Source: Vicugna vicugna (Eukaryota). Taken from it: a stretch of DNA of 64,000 nucleotides. The notes beneath the pieces are model-generated. The model worked only from the letters and a program-made list of their open reading frames with translations, made no database searches and was not told the DNA's origin. Each line of letters starts with the position of its first letter. Position 1 is the stretch's first letter. A program made the position numbers and the translations under genes. This document shows positions 11,726-25,325 of this stretch, piece by piece. The DNA is taken from contig MU061578.1 of NCBI GenBank assembly GCA_013265495.1, positions 1,125,308 to 1,189,307 of the forward strand, read 5' to 3'.

Positions 11726-13642
11726 CCTCGCAGATGACATTGTAGCATGTCAACATTTGGTGGAGTTAAATGGACCACCAAGTACCTCACCACCTGCCTT
11801 CTCTTATAATCCCCGCTTAGGGGGCCTTCCTTTGTTCAATCAAGTCTGCTGCCCCTGTCTAAGGAAGCCCCACTAGGATCCTGAGAAGCCCCCAACCCTC
11901 CCAGATGAACCCTCTCCCCAGATACTGTGCTTCCCTTAACTTTAGATTCCAAGCAAACTCTCTTACCAAACACCAATGAGCTCCCATGAGCCTAGAACAA
12001 TATAAAATGCCTTTAAAGCACAGGAGACTTCTTCATATCAGAACTAGGACTGCTGGTCAGCATCCTTCTCCTCTCCCTCCTCCAATTCCCACCACCCTCT
12101 CTCCCTTCCCTCTGGTTTTGAAAACAGCTCATGGAATTGTACAGAAAGGGCATCAATAGATTAAAAACTGTTTCCTTCTAATAAAATGTTAAACGATGTT
12201 GAAAATTAATCACCAGGGCGGTTGTTCTGCCCTCCTCAGAGGGAGACGGCTCGGGAAATTTAATAAATTATTATCACAATGATGTTCCTATTATAGAATT
12301 TGCATTTCATTCCCAAGGCTTGTATTCAGCCTCAAAGTTGCCTGACGATGGTTAATAAAAACCAAATGGACTCTTTTGCCTCAGTGGTTAGAGGGGCTCT
12401 GCTTAGAGTGGTCTGTCAAAGGGTGTTCTTTGGACTTCATACTTAATTACGCCAGCTTCCGCTCTCGCGCCCTTCTTTAAGATTTTTGTTTCTTTAAGAC
12501 AACTAAAGACAGTATTTAATCGTGAGAGTGTCCTCCTGCCGGAAACACGCACTGTAATGATATGCCTAGCTTAAAAGCAAATCTAATCTACTTGCTTATT
12601 AAATTTAAATGTGTTTTAGGCTGATATGGTTTGAAGATGATATGTAAAATAACAGCCTCCATGGTTATAAATGTCAGCTCTAAAAATTATATGCAATATA
12701 ACACACAAAATAAATGCCGCTTCATCTTTGCATTCCACTGTGATCAATTCATTAAACGATGTATTACAAGCCACGAGGACGATTGTAAAATGCAAGACGC
12801 CATTTGTCACAACGTATTCTAAAGCACCCAGGAAATGCTGTAGAGATTTTTTTTTTGTCAGCAATGGATTATAGTTCTTATTAGAAAGAGGGGAAAAGGC
12901 AGCTTTCTGATGTACCATGACCAGAATTATTTCCCCAATCAAATCTTAAAGACTGAGGAAATCCATTCCAACGACAAAGTTCCGTATTAAAACATGGGAG
13001 GGGGTGAGAGAGGCTTCCTGAGGAACAGAGTACGGACTATAAACAGGAAGTTACCATGTAAAGAATTAAGATGGAGTTTCCCCCCGGGGTTATGAATCAC
13101 AGTGTCATAATGTTCCAATCACATCACAGTCATAACCTACAAGGCCCGGACTGGATTGATTGTCAGGGTCCCATGCGGGTGGGAGGAGGTGGGGCATGTG
13201 GTTTACAACTCTGGGCCCCTTCCTCAAGGTTCGAATTGCAAAGACTGGGGGGAAGCCTGAAAATTCCCGTATTTTTATTTTTTTCTTCAAAAAAGCTTTG
13301 TTCATGACTTTCTCTGAACAGTGAACGTCCTCTGAAGCATTGTGAAGCTTTGTTTAGCATGTGTGTGTATGTAGACAAGGCTGGTTTAACTCTTAAAACA
13401 AATGAGTGACATGGCAAAGATAAGGAACTCTATCTGCCCCAATAAACAACTTAATCGACAGTTAGACTCACAGTGACCAGAAGAGCCACACCCCCTTCCT
13501 GACTGTTGCTGGGATGGTTCGAGCGGTGCTGACTTCCAGGCAGCTACGCCACTCCGAATGCCCAACCTTCTCAATTTCCCCTTCTAACTTAGGCCGCTTC
13601 CTATCTCCCCTCAGCTCATCATTCGGAGATCGGAGTTTCATG

Positions 13643-13692
13643 AAAACAAACAAACAAACAAACAAACAAACAAACAAAACAATAAAAAAAAA
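13643..13692. repeat. (AAAC)n microsatellite with A tail
   Basis: Tandem aaac units read directly. Confidence 0.9.
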
Positions 13693-15349
13693 ACCCACAG
13701 TGCCTGGTTGGGAAGTTGAAATCTCTGTTGGGAATGTATTAAAGAATGAGGAGCATCAATGCTTGTAAAAGTTAGTAACAAAGAAGGTCAGTGAACTCAG
13801 GCGGGAAGGACTTTTCGCTTCAATAAAAAAAAAATTAATTTATTTAAATTTGTGCTAAATGTACCAGTTTATCAGTGGTTTTCTGATCTTTAGCAGCCTT
13901 CTAAGAAGTCCTGGGATCTTGTCATCACTCAACAGAGAACTCTGCCTTTGGGTCAGTAATTGACACCCTACCCAATGGTCTTCAGTGTCAACTAGACTAA
14001 TGGTTCTCTAATCCTCTATATTTGGGTTGGGCCCATTCCAGACACACAGGTGATCAGGATGTAGACCAGCTAGAACAGATTCCTCCAGAAAGCTGGAGGA
14101 AAGAAATAAAACTTTATTCCTTGGATGTTGTGGGAAAGTTACACAGGAGATTGCCTGCAGGTGTCTGAGAATCGTGCAGACGGCTGAGCAATACCTTCTG
14201 AGGAATTTACAACCTAGAGCACCTTTCTTACAGGGAGAGGCTAGCTTATAAATTAAGAGAAAACGAGACACAGATAATTATGCCTCACAGAGTGCCTTCT
14301 ATCCTCTGTTTAGTGTGTGTATGTGTGTGGTGGGGGGAGGTATTTTGGAAGGGGGCAATACATTCCCGGAACTGGGGAAATGAACTGGAACTGAGTCAGT
14401 GTGAGTCTTTATAGCAGGTCCCTAAGGAGACACCATCCTCCAAGGCTTCACCAACTAGAACTCACTCAACCTTCCCTTCAAATGCCCTGACGTCTCGAAG
14501 TGCCTCTAGCCAGGGCTTCCTGAACCAACCCCCATCGGATGGTTTTTCCTGCTTGCCAGGCTACAGTTACCACCTTCACAGTGTCAGAGAACTTCCTTCA
14601 ATCCAAACTGCTGGCTACTGTTCTCTGCCCTGTTTCCTCAGCCACTTCCTCCCCACACTCTGACTCTTGCATTTTTAACAGCCAACTCCGCGTCATTTCT
14701 TTGTTACCTTGCAAAATGCCTTGCACCGTTTCTCATGGTCATACTCTCTGTGACCATGAGGCAAACCTGCATCAGAGCCCCGGGATTCATGAGGACATTT
14801 GCAACCCAGGAGAGGAGCAGTGAAGATGGTAGATAAGCCAGTGCTCCCTAGACAAGTCTTCAGCAAGACGTGCTCTTACTTGCTTGGAGCATAAAAGAGC
14901 ATTCAGGGAATGGAGTGGGAGACACACACACACACACACACAGGGCAAACATTGCACTTCAGTTAGGGTCTCTATCAGACCTCTGTAACATGCAGTTAAA
15001 AGCTTCCTCCAAATAGAGTTTTGAAACTAATTGCAATGCAAATGTCAACTTGAGGGTTTTTTAAGGAAACCCTACTCAGACACTATCAGAGCATTTTAAC
15101 GCAAGACTTGCAAGACCAAAGGGAATACAGAGAGATGTGCTACGGCTTCCTCATTTTACCTAAGACACGTAATGTTACCTTCTCCAATTTGGTGGCTGTG
15201 GTCCATCTCAAGGAGCCTATGCTAAACACAAGGGCAGGAGGGTGTGTGCGTTCCGTCACATTGATGCTTCTGCTTTCCCTTCTGGTTAGACAACACATCT
15301 CTTTCAGAGCTGGCTGACTGACCGACATTTTTTAACCCTGTCACCAAAA

Positions 15350-16212
15350 ATATTCCACATTTTGTGCAGAAAATGTAAAAATTAAAGAAGAATAAAATTA
15401 AATAATTGATCGACAATCCTACTGTCTAGAGATAATGACGGTTAACACACCAAGAAATGTTTTCTTCAAGGTTTTTGTTCTGTGTGTGAGCTAATTCGTA
15501 AAGTGCTGTGATCCTGCCCATACAGTTGCGAAATCTGCTTTGTTCACTCGGCAACACGTTGTGAGCATTTTCGAATATGACCATCATAAATTAGCCAATT
15601 CTCTATGATAGGAATTTTGGTTGTTTCCAATTGTTCACCATTAGGAAAAATGCTGATAAATATTTTCTCCTGGAGCCATATTTGTTTCTGTAATTTTAAA
15701 AGGGCTTTTCCATAGTGCCAAATTATATGTATATGTCTTTTGAAGACTTCACATAATCTTCTAAGTGATTGATAACCTCTCAGAAGACCCAAGGAAGGAT
15801 GGATGCACTATAAAGAGAAAAAATACTTTAAATATTTATGTCCTATCTTATGCAACCTGCCCCCTTCCTCTTAACATACAATTTCAGAAGTTCAAAGTGA
15901 CTAGACAGCTCTGCTTTAAAAATCTTACAAAGGATATTTTGGGAAACTATGAGCAAATTTGAATACAGACTGGGTATCTGACAATAGGATGGGCTAAAGT
16001 TGGTTACAATATTGTCATCAGGGTTTTACATCGAATTACATTTCTTTTATATTTCTTTCTTTTGTCTTTAAAGATAAGTTTCATGATGTGGAAACCTCCT
16101 TTCAAATGGTTGTGCATATCTGGTAAATTCTTAAATCCCAGTGGGAGTATATGACACTCACTGCATTACCCTTTCTCCTTTTCTCTATGTATATTTTTCA
16201 TAATAAAAATAG
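15350..16212. mobile_element. Highly degraded L1ME-type fragments (minus ~15350-15770, plus ~15950-16212)
   Basis: 'ttggttgtttccaatt' (L1 antisense) and the 3' end 'tatatttttcataataaaaat'. Confidence 0.5.
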
Positions 16213-18049
16213 TTCTTTTAATAGGAACCAGAAAGGTCTTCTCAGTGGGGTTCGGGGGTTCAAGTGCTAAGAGATTATGAGTGGATTGGCAACAGCAGAA
16301 TCTCTATTTTTGATATAACATGATGCTACTCAGGAGTGTGCCTGCTGACAGCCAGTGACATGAATCGCCTAAAGGATGTTCTGTGAAACAGCAGCGTTTG
16401 TGTTTCCCACGGGTATCTGAGATCCCTGACCCTGACTCTCCAGCCCCCTTGATCTAGACTAACGCACACTAACCAAACACAGGGGCTAACAGCTGATAAA
16501 TACTTGAGAGGAGGAGAAGAAAGGGTCACCAAGTGAGTCTCCACTGGGCATTTGCATCTTTGCTCGAGAATGGATTGGGTTTGTTGGTACCCAGGGATGA
16601 AATGCCATGAAACATGAATCACTGTTCCTCACCAAGTACCCGTGAGCCTCGCGGATGCTCAGATCTTTACATGCCAACACACAGACTTTACAATCTGAAA
16701 AGGAATCCAATAGCTCGACATTTGTTCTCATCACTTAACACTTTCAGTCACAGCAGGGAAAAGGGGAAAAAAAAGGAAAGAAAGAAAGAAAACAAGTGTA
16801 TTTGAAGATAAAGTGCATAACTAGGACTATCTCTGAGGACTAAATTGATTTATGATTCTGACACACACATATCAGCCCAGATGTTTCTCAAGGTATAATA
16901 AAAGTGGCAGGGTTTCTTGCACACTGGTGTGTCCCATCTGGCCAAGAACGTGTGTGTCCACAAAGATGATCCATATTACCATGGGAATTATTAGATGCGG
17001 CATCCTTGGAGGCACTAGACCCAGATAGCTCTAATCTCATCTCATCGCTTGCAGACAAAAGCACAGAATCCAATGGACTTCCATGCAATCCATCTCTGTC
17101 AAATGCATTAAGGAAATTACCTGTCAGAAACATCATGGCTGAGATTCTGTGATTAAACACAAACGTGGAAATGCTCAAGGGTACAGTGGAATCATTAGGG
17201 GAAAAAATTACACGCAAACACCTCCTTCAATATACTTGCTTTAGAATTAATTCTGTGGCCGTAAATATTTGAAATCTGCAGAGAGATGTATAACATGAAA
17301 GTTATCAAGCACCCATCCTGGCTGAAGCTATGTTTCATAATCTCCCATTGTGAGGTGGATGAAATGAGATCAACTCAATGGACATTTCTCTACTTACTTA
17401 CGGCACAATTTCAAATGCATTTCTTAATCTCAGGCTCAATTTCCTTATCTGCAGTGTGGTGCATTAATATGCATATCAGGTGGTCACTGTAATGCTTCAA
17501 AGAAATAATGTCTATACACTTTCAAGCACATACATTTAGCATAAATTATACTTTCTTATACTTATTACTAAGTAACAATTATGAGTAAGCATTGTTGTTA
17601 TTAATTAGATTCCCTTAAACACACATACATGTTTAGAGGTTAAGGATCTTCTTTGAGGTTTTGGGCTGATAAGCAGACGTACAGAAATTTAGAATCAAGG
17701 TTGTTCTGACAAAAAGTTTGAGCTGTCTACAGCTCCTCATTGATCAAATTATATATATATATATAAAGTTTCACAAGAGTTCACAGAGAGTTCATGTATG
17801 GGGATTCATACCTATTCAGGTACATCCATGGGATGAAGAGCTGTATATTTTGAACCTCCTATGATTCTAGGTTATGTTACTGTTGCTAACCCAGCAAGGA
17901 TTATGTTATAGGCATTCTAGACATACCAAACTTAAATAATTTGGTTAATTTTTAACCAAGAGACTGGGGCTGTGGGTAACTCTAAGGAGGTAAAAACCTA
18001 CACACAATGCAGTTAAACAGACGACCTGTGTTGTGTGGTGAGTTTGTTG

Positions 18050-18640
18050 ATATCCTGTAATCACCATCATCTCTCCCCTGAATTTCTGCCCAAACCTCCT
18101 AGCTTACCCTTCTGCCTCCCCTCTTCTCCTCGCCAGTCCGCTCTCCACAAAATTCCTATAAATTGTAATTTGGGTGATACCCCCTCCCTCAGTCCACTCC
18201 AATGGCTTTCCATTGCTCTGAGACTAAAGGTTCAGCTCCTTACCACAAGCAAAGAAGGGTTCCTGCATCTCTCTCTCCTCCACCTTCTCTGTTTCTCTCC
18301 CCCTGGGACGGACGCTTGGAGCTCATTCTAGACACATGCTGCCCTTTTCCTGCTTTTCAAACACACTGCATCTTTCCCTGCTAATGACCACGCATATGCC
18401 TTTCCATCCTTAGGCTCCCCTCATAGATCCTGGCTCCCTTTTCCCTGGAAGGCTGCCTGCCACTCCTAGTCATCTACACCACCCACCCTGGGGGCATTCC
18501 AGTTCTCATCAGCTCTTGACTGGTTTGCTTATTCTCTCTTTCTTTTAAACTGCTCCCCAAAGCATTTCACGTGGGCAGGGACCTGATATCCTTCACACCT
18601 ACTGAATCTGGTCCTTCACTCATTCAATGCTTATTCATTC
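18050..18640 (+). mobile_element. L2 fragment
   Basis: 'ctccaatggctttccattgctctgagactaaag' and 'gggcagggacct' L2-like motifs. Confidence 0.55.
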
Positions 18641-18804
18641 AGTTCTCACAACCACGCTAATAGGTAAGTAGCCATTTCCGCATTTATCAGCTGGGAGACG
18701 GTGGCTAAGGGAGGGTGGATGACTCCTCCAAGGCCATGCAGCTGGCAAATGGCAGGTCAGAAGAGAAACCCTATCTCGAAAACCTTTGGCCATTCCTTTA
18801 CATT

Positions 18805-19010
18805 AAGGGGTCAATAAGCTATGGTCTGAGAGGGAAGTCTCTCTTGCTGCCTGTTGTTGAAAACACAGATTTATTGTAATACCGCCCCACTCATTTGTGC
18901 ATTGCCTGTGAACTCTTTCATCGAGAAGTTGAGTAGTTGTCACAGAGATGGGTCACAAGCCTAAACATTTACTATGTTGCCCTTTACAGGAAAACGTTTG
19001 CCAATCAGTG
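18805..19010 (+). mobile_element. MER58A-like hAT MITE
   Basis: 'gttgagtagttgtcacagaga...aagcctaaacatttactatgttgccctttacaggaaaacgtttgcc' follows the MER58A consensus. Confidence 0.8.
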
Positions 19011-19603
19011 CTTTATGGCTTTGTGTTGAATGTTTAGCATAAAATCCTAAACCTGACACAGTTCTTTTTTAGCCACGATGCTTAAAATAAACTTTCCCAG
19101 TGGTAATATTTTTGCCTAAATATTTTCACCTTGAAGCAAGTGTTCTAGCTTTTTTTTCTTTAAATCATAATAACTCACAGCAGAAATGGAGCAGAGGAGA
19201 ATAGGGAAAGATAATTTTCCCCAAGCAAATCTCTTGCAATCCGTTCTAACACCACAGGGAACCATCTCACCTTTTATAGGAAAGGGAAGAAAACAGTGTC
19301 ACTACATTTAGTGTCACCTCATCTATCAGCCTGTAGAGTATCATCCAATAAAATCAAAGGGCTCCACCAGATAAATCAATACTGGCGTGTAAACCTGCTC
19401 AGGGCTGGGCTTACCAAAATCATGCCTTTAGAATGTAGGGACTTGCCCTGCCCTGCATATCTGATGAGAATACTATCCCATCATGAGCAGACAGGCTTCC
19501 AGAAACTCTGCTCCTTTCTCGCTGTGTGGTGTCAGTCACTTACTTAATCTCTCTGAGCCTCACTTTTCTATCTGGAAAAAAAAAAAGATTAAGAATAATA
19601 CCT

Positions 19604-19850
19604 TCTGGAAAAAGGAGGAGGAGGGGATAAATTGGGAATATGGATTAACAGATGCATATGACCATATACAAAATAGATGAACAACAAGGTCTTACTCTAT
19701 AGCACAGGGAACTATATTCATTCATTCACTTGTAATAAACTAGAATGGAAAAGAATTGAAAAAGTAGTTACATATATACATATATGTATAACTTTGCTGT
19801 ACATCTGAAAATAACACAATATGGTAAATCAAGTATAATTTAATAAGAAA
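19604..19850 (+). mobile_element. Cetartiodactyl-type L1 3' end inserted in a MIR (MIR halves ~19520-19600 and ~19855-19970)
   Basis: 'gggataaattgggaa...ctatagcacagggaactatattca...tttgctgtacatctgaaa'. Degenerate flanking duplication aataatacc/aatagtacc. Confidence 0.8.
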
Positions 19851-21359
19851 GAAAATAGTACCCTCCCTCTTTACAGAATTACATTAGAATTTAAAGAGTG
19901 AATATATGTAAAGTACATTAGAAGATTGTGTGGCATGCAGTATATGTTACACGAGCAATTACTACTGTCATCTGGATACTATTATTATTATTATTATTAC
20001 ATTATAATAAAAGTGCTACAAAGCAGAACATGGACAGCACAATTTTCATTGCACATATTGAGGATGCTGTGGATGAAACACAGAAATTTTCCTCTAAAAG
20101 AAGCAAGCCCTGGGCAAAATTTCTGGGGAAATGGTTAGTTTTTCGAAGATTCTGTATACAAACGAAGGGTAATGCACCTCCAATGTTTTTGTTGTTGCTG
20201 GAGTCACCCCTGGGTGGTCAGCCTGGTTCTTAAGAAAAACAAAAATGAAACATGTGTGCACATTAAACTTAGACCGTTCGACAAAATGGAAGCGCTAGCA
20301 CCTAACGGATAAGTCCAACAGCAAACATAATTAATTGGCCTGCAGCTTGGCAAATTCTCCTACAGATTTTGGTGAATCATAAATCAGTTCAAGAGGGAGC
20401 CAGACAAATTGTGGAGACTGAGCAAATCATTGAGAGAGATGGAAGGCAGAGAAAATTATTCTCCGAGGAGAAAATTTTTAGAACCATGTTCTCTTAGTAA
20501 GAGGAGGGAGAGGTGCTTTGAGAGAGTCTGAACATAGAATCATTTTATATTTTCAATGGAAATGAACTCTGAAAGCAAAGGTAATTTAAGTGTCTTCCTT
20601 TAAAAACAAAAATCCTGGTTAGTACCTTCTCATATTAAAAAAAACTATATAGTTTTATCTCACACTCCTACCCATAAATGCATCCAGAAAATGAACATCT
20701 CAGAATGCATCAAATAACCTGGGGCCTGATCCCCCCCCCAAAAAAAATTGAACCTTGTACATTAATTATGTATCAGATTAAAGAAATAGCCATAAAAATA
20801 AGAGCAGACCTATCTTCCATGTGGCAGCTTTATTGGTAAGTTTATTACCCACCATATGGGCTGCCTTAGAAAATTATAATGGGCCAGTATTGTTAACTAT
20901 AAACAAAGAGACACTGGATTATTATTTATGGTCTTGTTAACCAAATTAGTAAAGTCAACCAAACTGGATCAGTGTAGAACGTGAAGATGAGTGTTCACTA
21001 AGCGTAACTTAGAGACTAACAGGTGAAACCCAATGTTGTCAAGAGACGTTTGGTCAGCAAACGTGTCTCATGTTCACGGGACACAGGTACACTCCAAGGT
21101 CAGGCATGGGCTTAACAACACTGATACTGGCTTTTAATATTGAACGCAAGACTGTAAAGCAGTGAGAAGTGTCTGACCCTAAGTCTAGAGAGTGTTTTCT
21201 TTCAGATTTGCCCACATGGAAAGCAGATGTGAACAACTCATTCCACATAATTTCTTCACTGTTGGACACATCGGATTGCTTTGTAATGGTTACTGATCAA
21301 CTACTCAATCAAATCAATGGATCAAACAAAACCTTTCATGCTTGCTTGGCTCTAGCTCC

Positions 21360-21722
21360 CTTCTGCTTCTTCTAGGCACATGGGAAGAGTATATTTGACA
21401 TCTCCTTGAAGCTGGTTAGAACCCTGTGACTAGTTATGGTCAAACCGTTAGTGACCTAGTCATTTAATTGCTGTTTCAAGATCTTCCAGTCTTGGTAGGT
21501 CTCAATCACATCAACCGAGAAGGCTGTGTGCTCCAGAAAGTGATGCTACAGGCTGAGGGTGCCTGCATTAGACTGACTCACAACGCCACCCCGTGGGGCA
21601 CAGCTGCCCTGGAGAGTCGCCCAGACCCGTGGTAGGACTGCATGAACAAGAGACACACCCTTGTCTCACCATCACTCAGATTCTGGGAGTTGTTAGCCAC
21701 TGCATAACCCAGTGTATACTGG
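21360..21722 (+). mobile_element. MLT1-type LTR remnant
   Basis: 'ccctgtgactagttatggtcaa' and terminal 'agattctgggagttgttagccactgcataacccag'. Confidence 0.6.
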
Positions 21723-21855
21723 GAGCTTTTGAACACGTGCACATGGCTGGCCTGAGTCATCAGGTCAGAAGGGAGGAGGCAAAGCATATGTGTGTTGCCT
21801 ATGCTCCCCAACTGATCTGGCGAGCACCCCTGGAGAGGAAAAAAGTGCACTAGAA

Positions 21856-22073
21856 CAGGGGCTGGCAAATCACAACTCATGGTCCAATCCTCCCTGGTTG
21901 TATAAATAAAGTTATACTGGAACACAGCTATGCTCATTCATCTCTGTATTGTCCAAGGCTGATGCAGGGCTACAAACAGAAGAGTTGAATATTTGCAGCA
22001 GAGGCCGTTAAGACCTGCAAAATCTAAAATATTTATAGTCTGGCTTTTTACAGAAAAGGCTTGCTGACCCTTG
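21856..22073 (+). mobile_element. MER58A hAT MITE, full length
   Basis: TIRs caggggctggcaaa and ttgctgacccttg, with an internal match to the MER58A consensus. The 8-bp TSD cactagaa/cacaagaa matches 7/8. Confidence 0.92.
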
Positions 22074-22886
22074 CACAAGAATTTTGTGGATGCGTCCTGC
22101 TTCCTGTTACAGCTTTGTTAATAATGCAACTTGCTTGCAGGGCAGCAGCGTGGCAAGGAAACTGTCCAACAACAAGCAGGCACTTGAAAACCCTACTCAA
22201 AAGGAGGCACGGGGTGGAAGACCTTCCATGCTGTCTCTGACCTACTTCCTACTCCTCTTTTCATCAGCTCTTGAGGCCCCAAAGGCTTCTTTTTTGTTGG
22301 TAGAAAGGGTGCTTTTCAATTTAGCTGCATCTACAGGTAACCGGGCTGGCGGAGGGCCATGACTGTAGCTCCCTTTTTTGTTGGAAGCAGTGATGCCCTC
22401 ACTGCTCTCCATGTGGGGAAACCTACTCCTGGGCAAAAACAGATGCCAGTCAGCAAAATGCCAAGTGGTTCTTAGTTTCATGATACTGTCTATGAGGTCT
22501 CTCCAAACCGGCGTTTTCAGTCGGCCACATCTGGATTGATTTGCAACCTGGGGTGGTTTTTGAATGTCAATGAGATTCCAATGACTCTGTTGAAAATTAT
22601 CTTGTAAATAAATTACTAAAGAGGAACTGTGAACTTCTAATCTGATATTAGAGACATTTAAATGAGAAACTTAAAAAAAAATCCTTTTACCCCCTGCCCT
22701 TGGATCATTTCTACTTCTTTATACGTCCTTATTTTTTTTTATTGCATTTATCACTACAGATAATTTGTGTGTATATGAATGTAGAAATGCATTTATTCAC
22801 AAGTTTATTGTTTGTCTTGTCCTGACCCTGATGAGAGCAGGGACATTACCTTACTAGTTCACTCTTTGATTTTTCAGTATCTAAGG

Positions 22887-23111
22887 CAAGAATTGGAAAA
22901 CTTATCCCATAAAGGGCCAAATAGCCAATAATCTATTTAGGCTCTGGGGAGTCATTCAATCTCTGTCACAGCTACTCACCTCTGCGGCTGTAGCACAAAG
23001 AAGCCATACACAGTATGCAAATGAATGGGTGTGGCTGCATCCCAATAAAACTTTATTTACAAAAACAGGTGGACGGCTGGATTTGTCCTGAGAGTTATAG
23101 TCTGCCCCAGG
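22887..23111 (-). mobile_element. MER58A hAT MITE nested in an L2 3' end (L2 ~22680-23175)
   Basis: 'gaatgggtgtggctgcatcccaataaaactttatttacaaaaacagg' is the reverse of MER58A. Flanks are atctaagg/atctagaa. The L2 tail resumes with 'actgcctgacacatagcaggcacctgataaac'. Confidence 0.88.
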
Positions 23112-23349
23112 ATCTAGAACACTGCCTGACACATAGCAGGCACCTGATAAACATCTATTGTATGAGAGAATACACAGAAAAAATTCATCACAGCATTACC
23201 AGATAAATAAATGAATATCTCAGCTCTGTGTGATTACATAGTAGTCACTGCATGCACACTGTTTGTCAGGCTTTCTTCCAAATTCCAACGATATAAAACC
23301 AAACAACACAAAAATCAATATAACACAAAAATTATAACAGCTAAAGAAA

Positions 23350-23560
23350 TTCAGAATGATGCTCAGCACTTTACATGCATTATCTAACTTAAGCCCCATC
23401 AGTGATTTTAAGAACCAGTATTCTCACTAATCCCATTTTACAGTTGAGTTAACCCAGGCTTACCATGGTTAAGGAGCTTGTCCAAAATCATACTACCACA
23501 CAGCGTGTGGTGCCAGGATTCCAGCGGAAGAAAATCTGATTTAAAGGACACGCTCTTAAC
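23350..23560 (-). mobile_element. MIR SINE
   Basis: 'atcccattttacagttgag...ggttaaggagcttgtccaaaatcatac' is the reverse MIR core. Confidence 0.7.
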
Positions 23561-24387
23561 GTAACCACCTCAGTGGTCTGCTTAGTGGGGACTTCAGCTG
23601 GCTGAAGTCCATCTCGGGCACGTGTCAAAACGCACTAAAGCTGACACCGGCGGGCCGCCGTGAGCTCACCTCCCAGGCCCTTAGTCTGTTTTCAGAGCTT
23701 TCAAGGGTTGAAAACCTCAGCAATAGAGAAACCCGTCTCTTGGACTCCCATATGCTCAGGGGGTCAATGTACGAACCCCGAGTCCTTTCAACTCCTCTAA
23801 GAAGTGACCTTTTCCTGGAAAGCACAGATTACCACAACCCAACTGAGAAACATGTGCAGAGATCTGCTCTACCCTGAGAGGGATAAAGATAAAAGAAATA
23901 GCAAAACAAAACAAAAAAAGATAAAAGAAATAAGAGCAAGCACTGCGTGGTGGGAAGAGGTAACCTCAGAGAGCTTGTACCAAGAGGGTCAGGTGTTGCT
24001 TTCAAACTCCGCAGCAGAGGCCCACAGCTTCAAGGCTGGGACGATGAACCAGACCCTGTCTTCCCCGAAGTAGAGTTCTTAGACAGCGTGTGCCTCATCC
24101 ACAAGCGGGATCATCTGCATGTGAGGTCACTGCCCCCACCGGTGCCAAATTGCCACAGCTAGACTCTAAGCTATGCATGTAACGAAACAGGGAAGGGTTT
24201 GCTCCCCCTTCCTGCATTTCTGCATAAAGGGGAAGGAATTCTTCTCCACCGCCCCCTTTCAGCCCCTCCATCCATTCCTTTGCTGACTTATTCAAAAGGG
24301 AAGGGGAATTATGGATAGAGATGTAAGACTCCTTCATGGTGTTTCATTTCACAGATGGATAAGGTTATTTCATTAAAAGGTCAGGCC

Positions 24388-25325
24388 CACGAAGAGATAC
24401 CCAACATCATTAAACATTAGGGAAATGCAAATTAAAGCCACAATGAGACACCACTACTTATCCACTAGACTGGCTATAATTCAAAAGACAGAGAATACCA
24501 GGAGTGGCCCAACTAGGACCCTTGTATGTTGCTGAAAGGGATATAAAATAGGGTAGCCACTTTGGAAGACAGTTTGGCAGTTTCAATTCACCCATACAAC
24601 CCAGCGATTCCGCCCCTAAATGTCCACTCAAAATAAAGAACAAGTTTCTTCTGTATAGCACAGGGAACTGTATCTTATATCTTGTAGTAACCTTTAATGA
24701 AAAAGAATATGAAAAGAAATATATGTATATATATGCATGACTGGGATATTGTGCTGTACACCAGAAATTGACACATTGTAACTGACTAGATTTCCATCAA
24801 AAGAAGCAAAAAAAAAAAAAAAGAGAGAAAGAAAGAGAAGTGAAAGCATGTATTCACACAAAACATGGAAACCAGTGTTCAGAGCAGCGTTATATATCCA
24901 AAATCTGGAAACAATCCAAGTGCCCATCGATTGGTGAAGAGATAAAATGTAGGTTATCCATACAGTGGAATATCACTCAAGATTAAAAAGAAACAGACTA
25001 TTACACCAGTACCGATGAACCCCAAGAACATTCTGCTAAGTTAAAGAAGCTAGATGCAGAACATTACATACACATTGTATGATTTTCTATATACGGACTC
25101 TCTGGAAAAGACAAGTCAAAAAGACAGCAAGTGGATGAACGGTTGCCTCGTATGGAGGGTATGCAGGACTGATTACAAACAGGCACAGGGTAAGTCATCG
25201 GGGTGATGGAGCTATTTGACATCAGGACTGTGGCAATGCCTGCATGCCCCTAAGTTTACTTGCACTTGAGTTGTACATTTATAATGGATGGATTTTCATG
25301 ATGTGAAATTATACCTCAATAGGCT
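24388..25325 (+). mobile_element. Old L1 (L1MC/MD-like) 3' fragment with nested young L1
   Basis: 'cattagggaaatgcaaattaaagccacaatgagacaccac', 'ctggaaacaatccaagtgcccatc' and terminal 'aaattatacctcaat'. Confidence 0.8.
24638..24832 (+). mobile_element. Young camelid-type L1 3' end, nested
   Basis: 'aacaagtttcttctgtatagcacagggaac...tgtacaccagaaattgacacattgtaactgac' plus A-rich tail. Confidence 0.88.
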
